From contig BLSG01000235.1 of NCBI GenBank assembly GCA_012862495.1, positions 144,152 to 208,151 on the forward strand: 64,000 nt of DNA, read 5' to 3'. This document shows positions 1 to 10,628 of this stretch, piece after piece (the stretch's first letter is position 1; each line of letters opens with the position of its first letter). The position numbers were made by a program, and so were the translations under genes. Origin of the DNA: Thraustochytrium aureum. Taxonomy: Eukaryota. The notes beneath the pieces are model-generated. The model did not search any database. It saw nothing but the letters and a program-made list of their open reading frames with translations, and was not told where the DNA came from.

Positions 1-1243
1 CGACAGCCGCACTTTGGAAGAGCTCGTGCTCGGCTTCCCACGCCGCTCTTTGGGTGTGGCTCAGTTTCAGGCTGCCCCAAAGCGCGCGCTGGCGGCCAAC
101 AGCGATCTAGGCGCACCTCTTCGCCCTGGTGCGCTTTGGACAGTCCAGTTGGAGCGCTGCGTCGACGCCGGGGCGCTCTGTGTGCCTCGAAGTGACGGTC
201 GTAGCATCGCGATCGTGGGCTCGCACGGGGGCGATGTCCGCGCCGTCGAGCTTTCTTCTGGCCAGACTGTGTGGGATAGTCGAGTCCAAGGCAGTGTGAT
301 TGCCGCTGCGGCGCAGGGCCTCGAGGGCTCGATCCTCGTCGCCAGCTACTCGCACGACGGGACTGGCTCCTTCTTGAGCGAGCTCGACGCGCTCGCCGGG
401 TCCGTCAAGCGGGTCGTCAGCTTGCCCGGCGACGTAAAGACCTCGCCGGCGGTGCGGGCGGGATTCGCCTGGCTCGGCGGCTCGGCCTCGGCCCTCCATA
501 GGGTTTGCCTCGCAGACTTTTCCTTGACAGCAATCCACGTAGGCGATCCCGACGACGACGCGCAGATTTTGGCGGACGTTGTCCTCTTGCAAGATTGCGA
601 ATCCCCGAGCCTGGTCGTCGCCACGTCGTTCGGGAGGGTGCTCGGACTGAGCGAAGACGGCGCTGCGGTCTGGGACGTCTGGCTCGAGCCCGTGTACGCG
701 AGCATGGCACTGACAGCGCTCCCTTCGGGCGGCCCCGCGGTTGTCGTGGGAACCGTCGGCGAGCGAGTTGCGTGCCTGAGAGCTGCGGACGGGGCGACGC
801 TCTGGTCTGTGCAACTGGGCGCGCCGGTTTTCGCGCCGATCTGTGTGGACGGCGAAACGGTTCTAGTCGGCAGCCATGATAGCAAAGGGCGCGCCCTGCA
901 CGTTCTCACAGGCGACCTACTTTGGTCGACCGACCTGGACGCGGTTGTGACCTCGCGACCCCTCAAGACGCAAGACTACGCAGTGTTCGCCACGACTGCG
1001 GGCTCGATCTACTTTTGTTCGTCGGCCTCCGGTGCTCTTGTGCGCCGGTACTCCACCCGCGGGGAGATCTTTGCGCCACTGCGCAGGGTTTCGAACGACG
1101 TGCTCGTCGGCGCCCGCGACAATTCGCTCTCGCGCTTCTCGGCGGACAGCTCCGTATCGGAAAGCTCCTTCGCGCCAAGCACCAAGCAGTCGAAGCGCAG
1201 ACGCAGCGAAGCGGCGGGGCAAAAGGACGGCCCAGCTCGCTGA
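1..1243 (+). CDS. AASDH: 3' portion of an AASDH/ACSF4-like (beta-alanine-activating NRPS-like) protein; C-terminal PQQ-type beta-propeller; 5'-partial
   Basis: Frame is open from the window edge and the ORF-track start at 14 is a TTG. Repeated PQQ/BamB blades: LWTVQLERCVDAGAL, IVGSHGGDVRAVELSSGQTVW, GATLWSVQLGAPVFAP, VLVGSHD, GDLLWSTDLDAVV, GEIFAP. The W..L..CVDA...VGSH start resembles the AASDH propeller. The adenylation and PCP domains would lie upstream of the window. Confidence 0.7.
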   Translation, partial: DSRTLEELVLGFPRRSLGVAQFQAAPKRALAANSDLGAPLRPGALWTVQLERCVDAGALCVPRSDGRSIAIVGSHGGDVRAVELSSGQTVWDSRVQGSVIAAAAQGLEGSILVASYSHDGTGSFLSELDALAGSVKRVVSLPGDVKTSPAVRAGFAWLGGSASALHRVCLADFSLTAIHVGDPDDDAQILADVVLLQDCESPSLVVATSFGRVLGLSEDGAAVWDVWLEPVYASMALTALPSGGPAVVVGTVGERVACLRAADGATLWSVQLGAPVFAPICVDGETVLVGSHDSKGRALHVLTGDLLWSTDLDAVVTSRPLKTQDYAVFATTAGSIYFCSSASGALVRRYSTRGEIFAPLRRVSNDVLVGARDNSLSRFSADSSVSESSFAPSTKQSKRRRSEAAGQKDGPAR

Positions 1244-2146
1244 ACCCCCAAACCCCATCTCCCAGCTCGCGTTGAAGCGACCCCAAACGGCATCCAGAAA
1301 CGGAGCGTCTCTCGCCGTGCGGGCTTCATCATCCCCGACGCTCTCGCGACTCCCGGGACGGACCACGGCAAACTCGGCCGCGACGAAGAGGCAGATCGAC
1401 CAATCGATCCCAGATCCGGTGCGTTGCAGCAGGCCGGCCGCTCTCGTCACGCCAGGCGGTCCCCGTGACCGAGCGCGCGAGCGAGAGACCGTCAGAGACC
1501 AAATCGCCACGTACAGCTCGTTGTTCTGTGTCCGCTGGGCCGTGCAGGCAGCGGGCAGAGCTCCTTCGACTTGGCTCGCGGGGCNNNNNNNNNNNNNNNN
1601 NNNNNNNNNNNNNNNNNNNNNNNNNNNNNNNNNNNNNNNNNNNNNNNNNNNNNNNNNNNNNNNNNNNNNNNNNNNNNNNNNNNNNNNNNNNNNNNNNNNN
1701 NNNNNNNNNNNNNNNNNNNNNNNNNNNNNNNNNNNNNNNNNNNNNNNNNNNNNNNNNNNNNNNNNNNNNNNNNNNNNNNNNNNNNNNNNNNNNNNNNNNN
1801 NNNNNNNNNNNNNNNNNNNNNNNNNNNNNNNNNNNNNNNNNNNNNNNNNNNNNNNNNNNNNNNNNNNNNNNNNNNNNNNNNNNNNNNNNNNNNNNNNNNN
1901 NNNNNNNNNNNNNNNNNNNNNNNNNNNNNNNNNNNNNNNNNNNNNNNNNNNNNNNNNNNNNNNNNNNNNNNNNNNNNNNNNNNNNNNNNNNNNNNNNNNN
2001 NNNNNNNNNNNNNNNNNNNNNNNNNNNNNNNNNNNNNNNNNNNNNNNNNNNNNNNNNNNNNNNNNNNNNNNNNNNNNNNNNNNNNNNNNNNNNNNNNNNN
2101 NNNNNNNNNNNNNNNNNNNNNNNNNNNNNNNNNNNNNNNNNNNNNN

Positions 2147-4576
2147 CAAGGCAGTCGAGAGCGCGGTAGCTGCATCGCTTGCAGGTCTCGCGCCAAAGCC
2201 GCATGCTGGCCTCGTTCTCGGAGCCGCGCTCGACTGCGCGGCCTGGGCAACTGCGGCCAACGACCCGCTCCTTCGGCAGGGTGCCTTCAAAATTGCAATG
2301 ACCATTGCCGCCAGCGCGAATAATGCGCACGAGCGAGGCCCAGCCAGCATCGCTCTGCGCGCGGTCGCGTCTGCGGCTCTCGGGGACGTGTGGTCAGCTA
2401 CGCGGAAAATTGGCGCGGCTCTGCTTCGAGGCGCTATTTTGGGTGTCTGTTCAACGGACGCAGACGCGGTTGCCGGCGATATCTTCGACGAGCAGCTGGG
2501 CAGGCTCGCAGAGCCCGTATCGGCCTCGGCGCACGCTGGCAACCCGCAAGCGGTAACATGGAAGACACAGGAAGGCTCGCTGATGGGGCTCGCGGTCTTG
2601 CTGAGGGGTTTCCTAGCTGCCGCGCCGCCGGGCGTGTCGCCAGGTGCGAAGCGGCCGCCTTCCGCGCCCTCGCCCACGATCAGCCCTCAGTGCGCACAAA
2701 AGCGCTCGAGCTTTTGGAGAAGATTCTCAAGACCCACCCCGGGAACAACCTCGCTGCACTTGGCAAGACGCTGGTAGCCCTCGCGCAGGGAGGCAACGGC
2801 ATCAACGCCTTTCACGCCGAGGGCCTGCTGGCACTGCTTGACCGCGTCCTCGCGGCGTGCTGCGCCAATGGCGACGCAGTCCCAGCAAGCGCGGTCAGTA
2901 GCTTGGTGAGCCTGCTCGGCCACGAGGCGAGCACAGTCCGCCAGGCTTGCAGCCAGGCGATTGCCTCGCTGGCGCGAGTGTGCAAAGGGGACTCCCCGCG
3001 TGAGCACTGCGCGAAGGGTCTCAATATCTTGCGTGTCGCGCTTGACATTTTCGAGTCGCCTCCTGCTGCGGCCAGGTGGCAGCTGCGGGAAGGATGCATG
3101 CTCGTCGTTGAGCTCCTTGTCACAGCTTTGGCGGCCTTGCCACAGCAGACTGAACCCGCCTCCAGTGTGGAGTGTAGCTTGGGCCGGTCGTTCCGCCACG
3201 AGTCGCTGCGCGCCCTTGCGGCGGCCAACGAAGCAAACTGTGGCACCCAGTTCGAGCTCGTCAGGATGTCTCGACAGCTTGCTCCACGAGCAGTGCGAAT
3301 GATTCTCGCGCACGCGCCGCTTGTCTTGAGCGACGTGTGGGCGGACGCTCTCATTGACGAGTGTGCTGCAGACGCTCGAGCCCGCCAGCATCAAGTGGAT
3401 GCATTGGGGGCCGTCACCGCGGCCCACTATGTGCTCCGGATGGACCTCGATGGCCAGCTTCCCGCGGCCTGTGGGCAAGCCGAGTTTGCCGTGTTGCGCC
3501 CGTGCCTGCTTCGGCTTGTGGAGCGCGCCTGCCTTGCAAAAGGTGGTTTCGGGTTGAGCACGGCGGGCGGCGTTGACGCGTCGCTCGTTCGCGCTTTGGC
3601 GGTTGAGAATGCGTTTCTCGCTCGAGCGATGGCTGCAGAGCGGCTCGGGAGTGCCGACTTGCTCCACCTTGATGCAGCGCAAGTCGTCGGACAGCACTTG
3701 GAAAGCCTTGCGCGGGCTGGCTGCGAGCCACCCGTCGCAGAGTCGTGGACCGATGTGATCGCCTGCTTTGCCCAGCAGCCTGGGACGGGGTGCGAGGCCG
3801 CTACGGCCGAGCTTGCCACCCAATACGGCGTTCAGATACCCTGTTCAACGAGGTCCTTGTCGCATGGCGAAGCGGATTCGTACTTGGATGCCACTGCCCG
3901 TAGGAAGCGTGCCAGGTCACGTTACGACGCTTTACTTGGTGTTCTCTGCGAGCGTCGCGCGGCACTGTTCGCTGCAGTCGACCTCACGGCGATGCGCCGA
4001 CTTGGACCCTTTTTCTTGCAGTGGCTTGAGGTGACAAAGGAACCGCCTGAGCAGCTCGCTGCTTTGGATGTGTTGGGTTTGCTGATGGGAATCAGTAAAC
4101 ATCAGCACAAGCAGCAGCAGACGCTCTCAACCGCAAGTGTGCTGCCAGACGGCGCAGCGCGGCTCGTACTGCGGCACCTGGTCATGGTATTGCCTCGATT
4201 CGAGGCAGCGATGCAACACCGCATACTTGAGATTCTCGTGGCGGCTGCGGACGCTTACCCGGCGGCTCGCGTTGAATTCGAAGCCGCTCTGGCGTGGGCC
4301 GACGAGGCGCTTCCCGCTAAGCACCCTACAGAGCCTGGAGAGCCCGAAATCTCCGCCTCAGACCCCCCAGGTGCCCCTGCTGGCACTGGCCTGGCAAGCG
4401 GCCAATTTTGCGACAGCGCATGCAGCGGAGACGAATGGGATAGCTGGGACGAGGAGGAGAACGATTTCTCGCCAGGGCTCGATGCCGGATGCGTGGCAGA
4501 CGGCATGAGTCAACTCGTGCACGCGCTACGACACTCGGTACGCGGAACTCGGCGAAGCAACCCTAGCAACGAGTAG
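2147..4576 (+). CDS. HEAT/ARM-repeat alpha-solenoid protein; start probably in gap 1585-2146; one apparent frameshift near 2610-2645
   Basis: HEAT-like units ALGDVWSATRKIGA and TWKTQEGSLMGL are in the frame of ORF 1032..2777. They continue as LAHDQPSVRTKAL, LLGHEASTVRQACSQ and RWQLREGCMLVV in the frame of ORF 2390..4576. Acidic tail DEWDSWDEEE; TAG stop ends at 4576. Confidence 0.65.
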
Positions 4577-4831
4577 CTCGAGAAGAAAAGATTGATTTCA
4601 AGATCAAGAGAGTTGAAGACCAAGGCATCCATAGACTATTGCGTCATTTTACGGGCCGGGACGACGAGACGAGGTGGACCGTCGAAGCGGCCAAGCCCAA
4701 TTGCGCCGCGAAGGGAGCAAACAAACAAAATGCCCCAAACGCGCTTCCGCTTTCTCCCCCCTGACGAGCTCCGCGGCCCTGCCCTGCGACTCCGCGCTCG
4801 TTGGACGCTCGGAACCAAGCCGGTCAGGGAA

Positions 4832-6247
4832 TCAGCCCAGCTCCTCGCAAGTGTTCCCAGCCGCCACAGTGTAGTAGCAAGGTGACGAGCCTTTCGCGCG
4901 GCAGCACGAGAAGCCACACGTGGACATTTTCCCGCTCTTTGCCGAGCTGTCGTAAGCCCTAAGGCACTGCGATTTGGCCTTGTACTCTGCCTCTGGGATG
5001 GGTGAGACGTCGCGCCAATTCGCGGCCGGACGCCGCGTTCGGTCGAACGTGCCCTTCTCGAGGCAGGACCCCAGAGCTTGGTCAATTTGAGCTGGGCTGG
5101 GCCAGTCCGAGTCGAGCGAAAACGTCCAAGCGAACAGAGCGCGCTTGCAGGCCCGAAACGCCTCGGTCTGCTGGCAGTCGCGGCCCCAGTTGAACCCGAG
5201 GTTTTCGAGCAGCAGCTTGGTGTTGAGAACATCGTACCGCACGTTGAGCTCGCCGCGCGGAAACAGCTGCGTCTGCCAAAGCTTGTCCAGTTGGGCTCGC
5301 GAGACGCGGGTCTCTTGGCAGATCCGCCCTTGCAGCCAAGAGACTTGGTCTTCGTACGGCGAGAGCACGCCCGGTTCAAGAATGTCGTCCACGTCTTGGA
5401 GGACCAGTGAGCCGTCCCTTCGTGCCATCCACTGGCCCGGCTTGAAATCGGCGAGGAACAGATGCAGCTTGTCGTCCAGCGTTGCGAAGAGCCGCACCGC
5501 GTCTCGCGCGCGCTGCACGCACTGCGCGAGAGACGTGGGCCGTGGGAGCCTGTCGACGTCATAGTCGATGAACTCGACAGCGATGTAGTGAAAGCCCTCG
5601 ATGTCGGGGCAAAAGCCAAACAGCTTGGGGAATATGGGGTCGTCCTCGTTCCTCAGCAGCACTTGGACGGTGTTGCGGAATTTGTCTGTGTGCTGCGTCC
5701 ACTTCGGGTCACGGTTGTAGATGTTGTACATGAGAATCACGAGCTCCTCGCCGCTCTCGGGGTCGCGCGTGTGGAGGACCGGCCTTTTGAGCCAAAAGAC
5801 TGCCCCGTTTCCGTTGTCCTTGCCAGGGACTGGTAGTGGGGCGCCGATCGCCTCGTTCTTGGCCAGCAGGTCTTTGATCCACGAGCACCTGTTTTTGCTC
5901 GACTCGAGCCACGTCGTGGGCGGCGTTGTGGTCGTGGTGGTCGTCGTTGTTGTGGTGGCTGCGTTCCCTCGCAGCCCAGCTGCCTCGAGCACTTGGTTCC
6001 TTCGTTGAACCACCGCAGCTCCGGCGGGAAGCCCGCTCAGCCCGCCGGTTTCTTGGCCGCCTTCGCGGTGACCACCCACGACCGGCCCACTCGAGAAGAG
6101 AACGCTTGTCCATACCATCGTAAGCACGACGGCCAAACACAGGAATGCATTTGTCGCGCTCGCTCCCCTGGCGCCGCCTCGTCGGTGCCCGCCGCTGCGA
6201 AACATTTCTGAAAACGACTTTGGCCGCTCCACGCCTGGTCGCCGCAT
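4832..6247 (-). CDS. Type II membrane protein with a luminal PKDCC/VLK-like protein-kinase fold (possible pseudokinase), ~471 aa
   Basis: In-frame ATG at 6247 (MRRPG). Basic N-terminus, TM segment AFLCLAVVLTMVWTSVLF, poly-Thr stem, then FPKLFGFC, catalytic-loop-like FLADFKPGQW, LVLQDVDD (compare PKDCC DFRPRQF...DLDD) and a Cys-rich C-terminus. Confidence 0.7.
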   Translation of the reverse strand: MRRPGVERPKSFSEMFRSGGHRRGGARGASATNAFLCLAVVLTMVWTSVLFSSGPVVGGHREGGQETGGLSGLPAGAAVVQRRNQVLEAAGLRGNAATTTTTTTTTTTPPTTWLESSKNRCSWIKDLLAKNEAIGAPLPVPGKDNGNGAVFWLKRPVLHTRDPESGEELVILMYNIYNRDPKWTQHTDKFRNTVQVLLRNEDDPIFPKLFGFCPDIEGFHYIAVEFIDYDVDRLPRPTSLAQCVQRARDAVRLFATLDDKLHLFLADFKPGQWMARRDGSLVLQDVDDILEPGVLSPYEDQVSWLQGRICQETRVSRAQLDKLWQTQLFPRGELNVRYDVLNTKLLLENLGFNWGRDCQQTEAFRACKRALFAWTFSLDSDWPSPAQIDQALGSCLEKGTFDRTRRPAANWRDVSPIPEAEYKAKSQCLRAYDSSAKSGKMSTCGFSCCRAKGSSPCYYTVAAGNTCEELG

Positions 6248-7329
6248 TTCGCCAAAAACTTGAGCGAGATGCTCGGCCGATTTCGGCGCGGCACGGCAAA
6301 GCTGCCTCGCACACCAACGCCAAGTGCGAAAACAAAAGACACCGCCTCCTCCGACGCTGCTTCNNNNNNNNNNNNNNNNNNNNNNNNNNNNNNNNNNNNN
6401 NNNNNNNNNNNNNNNNNNNNNNNNNNNNNNNNNNNNNNNNNNNNNNNNNNNNNNNNNNNNNNNNNNNNNNNNNNNNNNNNNNNNNNNNNNNNNNNNNNNN
6501 NNNNNNNNNNNNNNNNNNNNNNNNNNNNNNNNNNNNNNNNNNNNNNNNNNNNNNNNNNNNNNNNNNNNNNNNNNNNNNNNNNNNNNNNNNNNNNNNNNNN
6601 NNNNNNNNNNNNNNNNNNNNNNNNNNNNNNNNNNNNNNNNNNNNNNNNNNNNNNNNNNNNNNNNNNNNNNNNNNNNNNNNNNNNNNNNNNNNNNNNNNNN
6701 NNNNNNNNNNNNNNNNNNNNNNNNNNNNNNNNNNNNNNNNNNNNNNNNNNNNNNNNNNNNNNNNNNNNNNNNNNNNNNNNNNNNNNNNNNNNNNNNNNNN
6801 NNNNNNNNNNNNNNNNNNNNNNNNNNNNNNNNNNNNNNNNNNNNNNNNNNNNNNNNNNNNNNNNNNNNNNNNNNNNNNNNNNNNNNNNNNNNNNNNNNNN
6901 NNNNNNNNNNNNNNNNNNNNNNNNNNNNNNNNNNNNNNNNNNNNNNNNNNNNNNNNNNNNNNNNNNNNNNNNNNNNNNNNNNNNNNNNNNNNNNNNNNNN
7001 NNNNNNNNNNNNNNNNNNNNNNNNNNNNNNNNNNNNNNNNNNNNNNNNNNNNNNNNNNNNNNNNNNNNNNNNNNNNNNNNNNNNNNNNNNNNNNNNNNNN
7101 NNNNNNNNNNNNNNNNNNNNNNNNNNNNNNNNNNNNNNNNNNNNNNNNNNNNNNNNNNNNNNNNNNNNNNNNNNNNNNNNNNNNNNNNNNNNNNNNNNNN
7201 NNNNNNNNNNNNNNNNNNNNNNNNNNNNNNNNNNNNNNNNNNNNNNNNNNNNNNNNNNNNNNNNNNNNNNNNNNNNNNNNNNNNNNNNNNNNNNNNNNNN
7301 NNNNNNNNNNNNNNNNNNNNNNNNNNNNN

Positions 7330-8805
7330 TTTCTCTCGTTTCGAAGGAGCAGCACAGCCGACGCTGAGGCTGAGGAAGAGGAGGAGGAGGAGGAGGAGAA
7401 CATCGCGCATGAGGAGCCGCTCGACGTTGGCGAGGCGGCGGTCGAGCCACTTGCCGGCCAATCAGCGACGGCACCCGTGGGCGCCAAGGTTCTCGCAGTC
7501 GCGGTGGCCCTCGCTACCGTATTAGTTGTGCTTGCAACGATCGTCCCCTTTGGAGAGCTGCGCGAGCGGGCCGCCGCGGCCGCGGCCTTTGAGGGAAGCG
7601 AAAACGCTTCGGCCAGCGGCTATATGGGATCGAGCGAGCCGCCGAACATGATCCAGCTCGACGAGGCGTTCATCCGCGAGATCGCCGCGGAGGAAGCGAG
7701 CCGGGCACGCGCCGACCACGAGGCTGTGCTCGACGCCCTCGAGTCCCAGATCGATGCCCTGTCCCGCAAGACTGAGGCGTGGCTTTCCGTGTACAAGGTG
7801 GACAAGCAAAGTGGTCTAGGCCCCGCCGCGCACGTCGCCATCGACCGGCTGGAGCGTCTCGCTGACCAGATCGACACAAGCGCAGCGCAGCTTCACTGCG
7901 CACAAGTCGCCGAAGACGACCAAGAGGCCATCGCCGAAGCGCGAGCGCGTGCGGCCGCGGCCGAGACGAACGCCCTCGAGTCTGCCGAGCATGTCGAAAG
8001 GCTGCAGTTGCAAGTGGAAGAGTTGGACCTGCGTGTGAGCGCAGCGCTCAGAGAGGCCAGCGCCGTGCACGACCAAGGCGCGGCGGCTGTAGCGGCGGTC
8101 CGCAGGTTTGAAGAGGACCTAGAGCGCCAGCAGCTGGACGCGGACTCGAACGACTCGCTCAGGTGCATGGCTCTCGCAGATGCCCATGCATACTTGGACG
8201 AGCAGCTCGAGACGTTCGCGGCCGATGTAATCGGCCGGCCAGACTATGCTCTCGAGGCGGCAGGGACCGTTGTCGAGCGTCGCAAGGGCCTGACGTCACA
8301 AGACTACTCGCCAGTATCAGGGGAGGCCGCCCTGAGCAACCCCTTTTACTGGCTGCATCGCGTTGCGCAGCCAGCGGAGACCGCTATTCAGCCCGAAGTG
8401 ACAATCGGCAGGTGCTGGGCTTGCGCGCTCCCAAGCTGCAACCTGACTCTTCAGCTGAGCCGCGCGATCGAAATCGAGGCCGTTTCGCTGGACCACATCT
8501 CCAAGCTGGTTGCGCACGACATCACCAGCGCCCCGAACCGTTTCAAGGTCTACGGCGTTCGGCGCCTGCCAGACACGAGCGCCGACGAGAGCGGGCATGA
8601 GCTCCTTGGCAGCTTTTCGTATGACGCGTTGCACGGCGCCCAGGTGCAGACTTTTGAGATCCCCCGAAAGGAGAGGCGCTCTTACCCCTGGGTTAAGCTG
8701 GAGATCGAGTCGAACCACGGCCACCCGGACTGGACCTGCCTGTACCGGTTCCGCGTACATGGGTCCCCAGTACAGGCGAGTGCCCCGGACTCAATTTCCG
8801 AATGA
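7330..8805 (+). CDS. SUN-domain (Sad1/UNC-84) nuclear envelope LINC-complex protein; N-terminus in gap 6364-7329
   Basis: Poly-Glu segment, TM helix VLAVAVALATVLVVLATIV and a coiled coil, then a canonical SUN domain: GRPDYALEAAG, PEVTIGRCWA, VSLDHIS...ITSAPNRFKVYG, LLGSFSYD...VQTF, IESNHGHPDWTCLYRFRVHG. Confidence 0.92.
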   Translation, partial: FLSFRRSSTADAEAEEEEEEEEENIAHEEPLDVGEAAVEPLAGQSATAPVGAKVLAVAVALATVLVVLATIVPFGELRERAAAAAAFEGSENASASGYMGSSEPPNMIQLDEAFIREIAAEEASRARADHEAVLDALESQIDALSRKTEAWLSVYKVDKQSGLGPAAHVAIDRLERLADQIDTSAAQLHCAQVAEDDQEAIAEARARAAAAETNALESAEHVERLQLQVEELDLRVSAALREASAVHDQGAAAVAAVRRFEEDLERQQLDADSNDSLRCMALADAHAYLDEQLETFAADVIGRPDYALEAAGTVVERRKGLTSQDYSPVSGEAALSNPFYWLHRVAQPAETAIQPEVTIGRCWACALPSCNLTLQLSRAIEIEAVSLDHISKLVAHDITSAPNRFKVYGVRRLPDTSADESGHELLGSFSYDALHGAQVQTFEIPRKERRSYPWVKLEIESNHGHPDWTCLYRFRVHGSPVQASAPDSISE

Positions 8806-9124
8806 GCCACGAAAGCAAGGTGAGGTTCTGCGTGGGGCGTTTTGCGGTTTCGAGTTGGCGCTTTTGCGCTGATCGACCAAGAAGAAGGGACGGGCCTTGA
8901 TTTTTCTCTTGCACTTGCTTTCTGTTTCAGTTCCGCCGGCCACGGCCAGTCGCCCGACGTTGTGCGCTGCAACGAAATGATGACTGTTCTTGGCACAAAC
9001 GAGCGCTCTGCGATTCACTCGCCTCGCCGCCTCGCTGACTATCTATTGTATACCTTTACTCGCGAGGACTACTCGGGCATGTATAAAAGTAGGGCCTCGC
9101 ACGATTGACTGCAAGCAACCACCA

Positions 9125-10027
9125 TCAGTCCGAGCGGTCGTTGGAGGCCACCGGGTTGGAGGCGAGGAACTTGACGCCCTCTGGCACCGGCGGCTTGCAA
9201 GGCAGCGGCGTGATGAGCCGGTACGAGCCGTCGCTCTGCTTCTCCATGACGGCAAGCTGCCCATTCTTGAACTTTTCCAGGCGATGGAAGGTGTCGACGT
9301 CCCAGTGAAACCAGCGCGCCAGCAGCGCAGCGATCACGACCGAGTGCGTGATGATGACAAAGTTGTCGGGGCGGTCCACGTGCTTCCACTTGCGGTACAT
9401 GGTTTCCAGAAAGGAGCTCGCGCGGTCGTACACCTCGGCGGCAGACTCGCCGTTCGGCCAGCGGTAGTAAAAGGGGCCGACGCGCTCGCTCTCGCGGCGG
9501 AACTGCTCGACCTTCTCTGGCGCGGTGCGCAAGTGCCAGTCGCCGTGGTCTTGGTTGCGAAGCCGCGGGTCTTCGACGTACTGGCAGCTGGATAGGTTTG
9601 GAAACGAGCCAGACACGTAGGAGAACGTCTGCTTGCAGCTCTTGTACGGCGAGACGAAGAAGGTCGTCGTCTCGTTGCCGACCACGTGCTTCAGCGCGAC
9701 GCCGGCCTTGAGCGCCTGCAGCTTGCCCTCCTCGGTCAGCGGGCGCTCCGTCTCCGGCTTGAGCGCACACACCTGCAGGCCGGCGACCTGGCAGTCGCAC
9801 GTGTGCGAGTACCCGTGCGTCTGTCCGTGCCGCATGAGAATGATCCGCTGCGGCCTCTTATCGCCCCTTTGCCACGCCTTGTGGTTGCAGTCCGCAACGG
9901 CCGTGGCCACCTTGCTGGTCACCGTCCTGCTGTACCAGCTGTCCTCGGGCATCACCAGCCAGGCACAGAACGGCACCGCCCCAACGACGCCGCCAACGAT
10001 GCCCCCGGCCACCACCGCCCTCCGCAT
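9125..10027 (-). CDS. Histidine phosphatase / phosphoglycerate-mutase family protein (Det1-like), ~300 aa, with an N-terminal hydrophobic segment
   Basis: In-frame ATG at 10027 (MRRAVVAGG). RHG motif RIILMRHGQT, PLTEEGKLQA, FFVSPYKSCKQT, EDPRLRNQDHG, GPFYYRWPNGESAAEVYDRASSFLETM, VIITHS, LARWFHW. Confidence 0.88.
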   Translation of the reverse strand: MRRAVVAGGIVGGVVGAVPFCAWLVMPEDSWYSRTVTSKVATAVADCNHKAWQRGDKRPQRIILMRHGQTHGYSHTCDCQVAGLQVCALKPETERPLTEEGKLQALKAGVALKHVVGNETTTFFVSPYKSCKQTFSYVSGSFPNLSSCQYVEDPRLRNQDHGDWHLRTAPEKVEQFRRESERVGPFYYRWPNGESAAEVYDRASSFLETMYRKWKHVDRPDNFVIITHSVVIAALLARWFHWDVDTFHRLEKFKNGQLAVMEKQSDGSYRLITPLPCKPPVPEGVKFLASNPVASNDRSD

Positions 10028-10574
10028 CCTCCCAGCCCCGAGCGCGCCACACCGCCAAACCGCGACCGGCCGCAACCCCGCCCTCGCACAAGGGGAAAGA
10101 ATACCGCGTCTNNNNNNNNNNNNNNNNNNNNNNNNNNNNNNNNNNNNNNNNNNNNNNNNNNNNNNNNNNNNNNNNNNNNNNNNNNNNNNNNNNNNNNNNN
10201 NNNNNNNNNNNNNNNNNNNNNNNNNNNNNNNNNNNNNNNNNNNNNNNNNNNNNNNNNNNNNNNNNNNNNNNNNNNNNNNNNNNNNNNNNNNNNNNNNNNN
10301 NNNNNNNNNNNNNNNNNNNNNNNNNNNNNNNNNNNNNNNNNNNNNNNNNNNNNNNNNNNNNNNNNNNNNNNNNNNNNNNNNNNNNNNNNNNNNNNNNNNN
10401 NNNNNNNNNNNNNNNNNNNNNNNNNNNNNNNNNNNNNNNNNNNNNNNNNNNNNNNNNNNNNNNNNNNNNNNNNNNNNNNNNNNNNNNNNNNNNNNNNNNC
10501 CTCGTCGCATCGGTGCGGCCGGTTGCAGCAGGAGGCGGCTGAGCGCGCGTGGCACGGGATATCGGCGGGCTGCC

Positions 10575-10621
10575 GCTGGCGCGCGATCGCTGGCGCGCGA
10601 TCGCTGGCGCGCGATCGCTGG
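10575..10621. repeat. Perfect 14-bp tandem repeat (GCTGGCGCGCGATC) x3 plus a partial copy, immediately upstream of the ATG at 10629
   Basis: Copies at 10575-10588, 10589-10602 and 10603-10616, followed by GCTGG. Confidence 0.9.
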
Positions 10622-10628
10622 CTGGCGG

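Noticed and set aside
2608..2645. Tiny GT-AG intron explaining the HEAT-gene frameshift
   Set aside because: The two obvious local GT..AG spans are 9 and 10 nt, which is implausibly short and the wrong phase. A single-base deletion fits the window-wide pattern.
1329..7525. Long ORFs running through N-gaps
   Set aside because: They are artefacts of translating N as X, and frame across gaps is not reliable.
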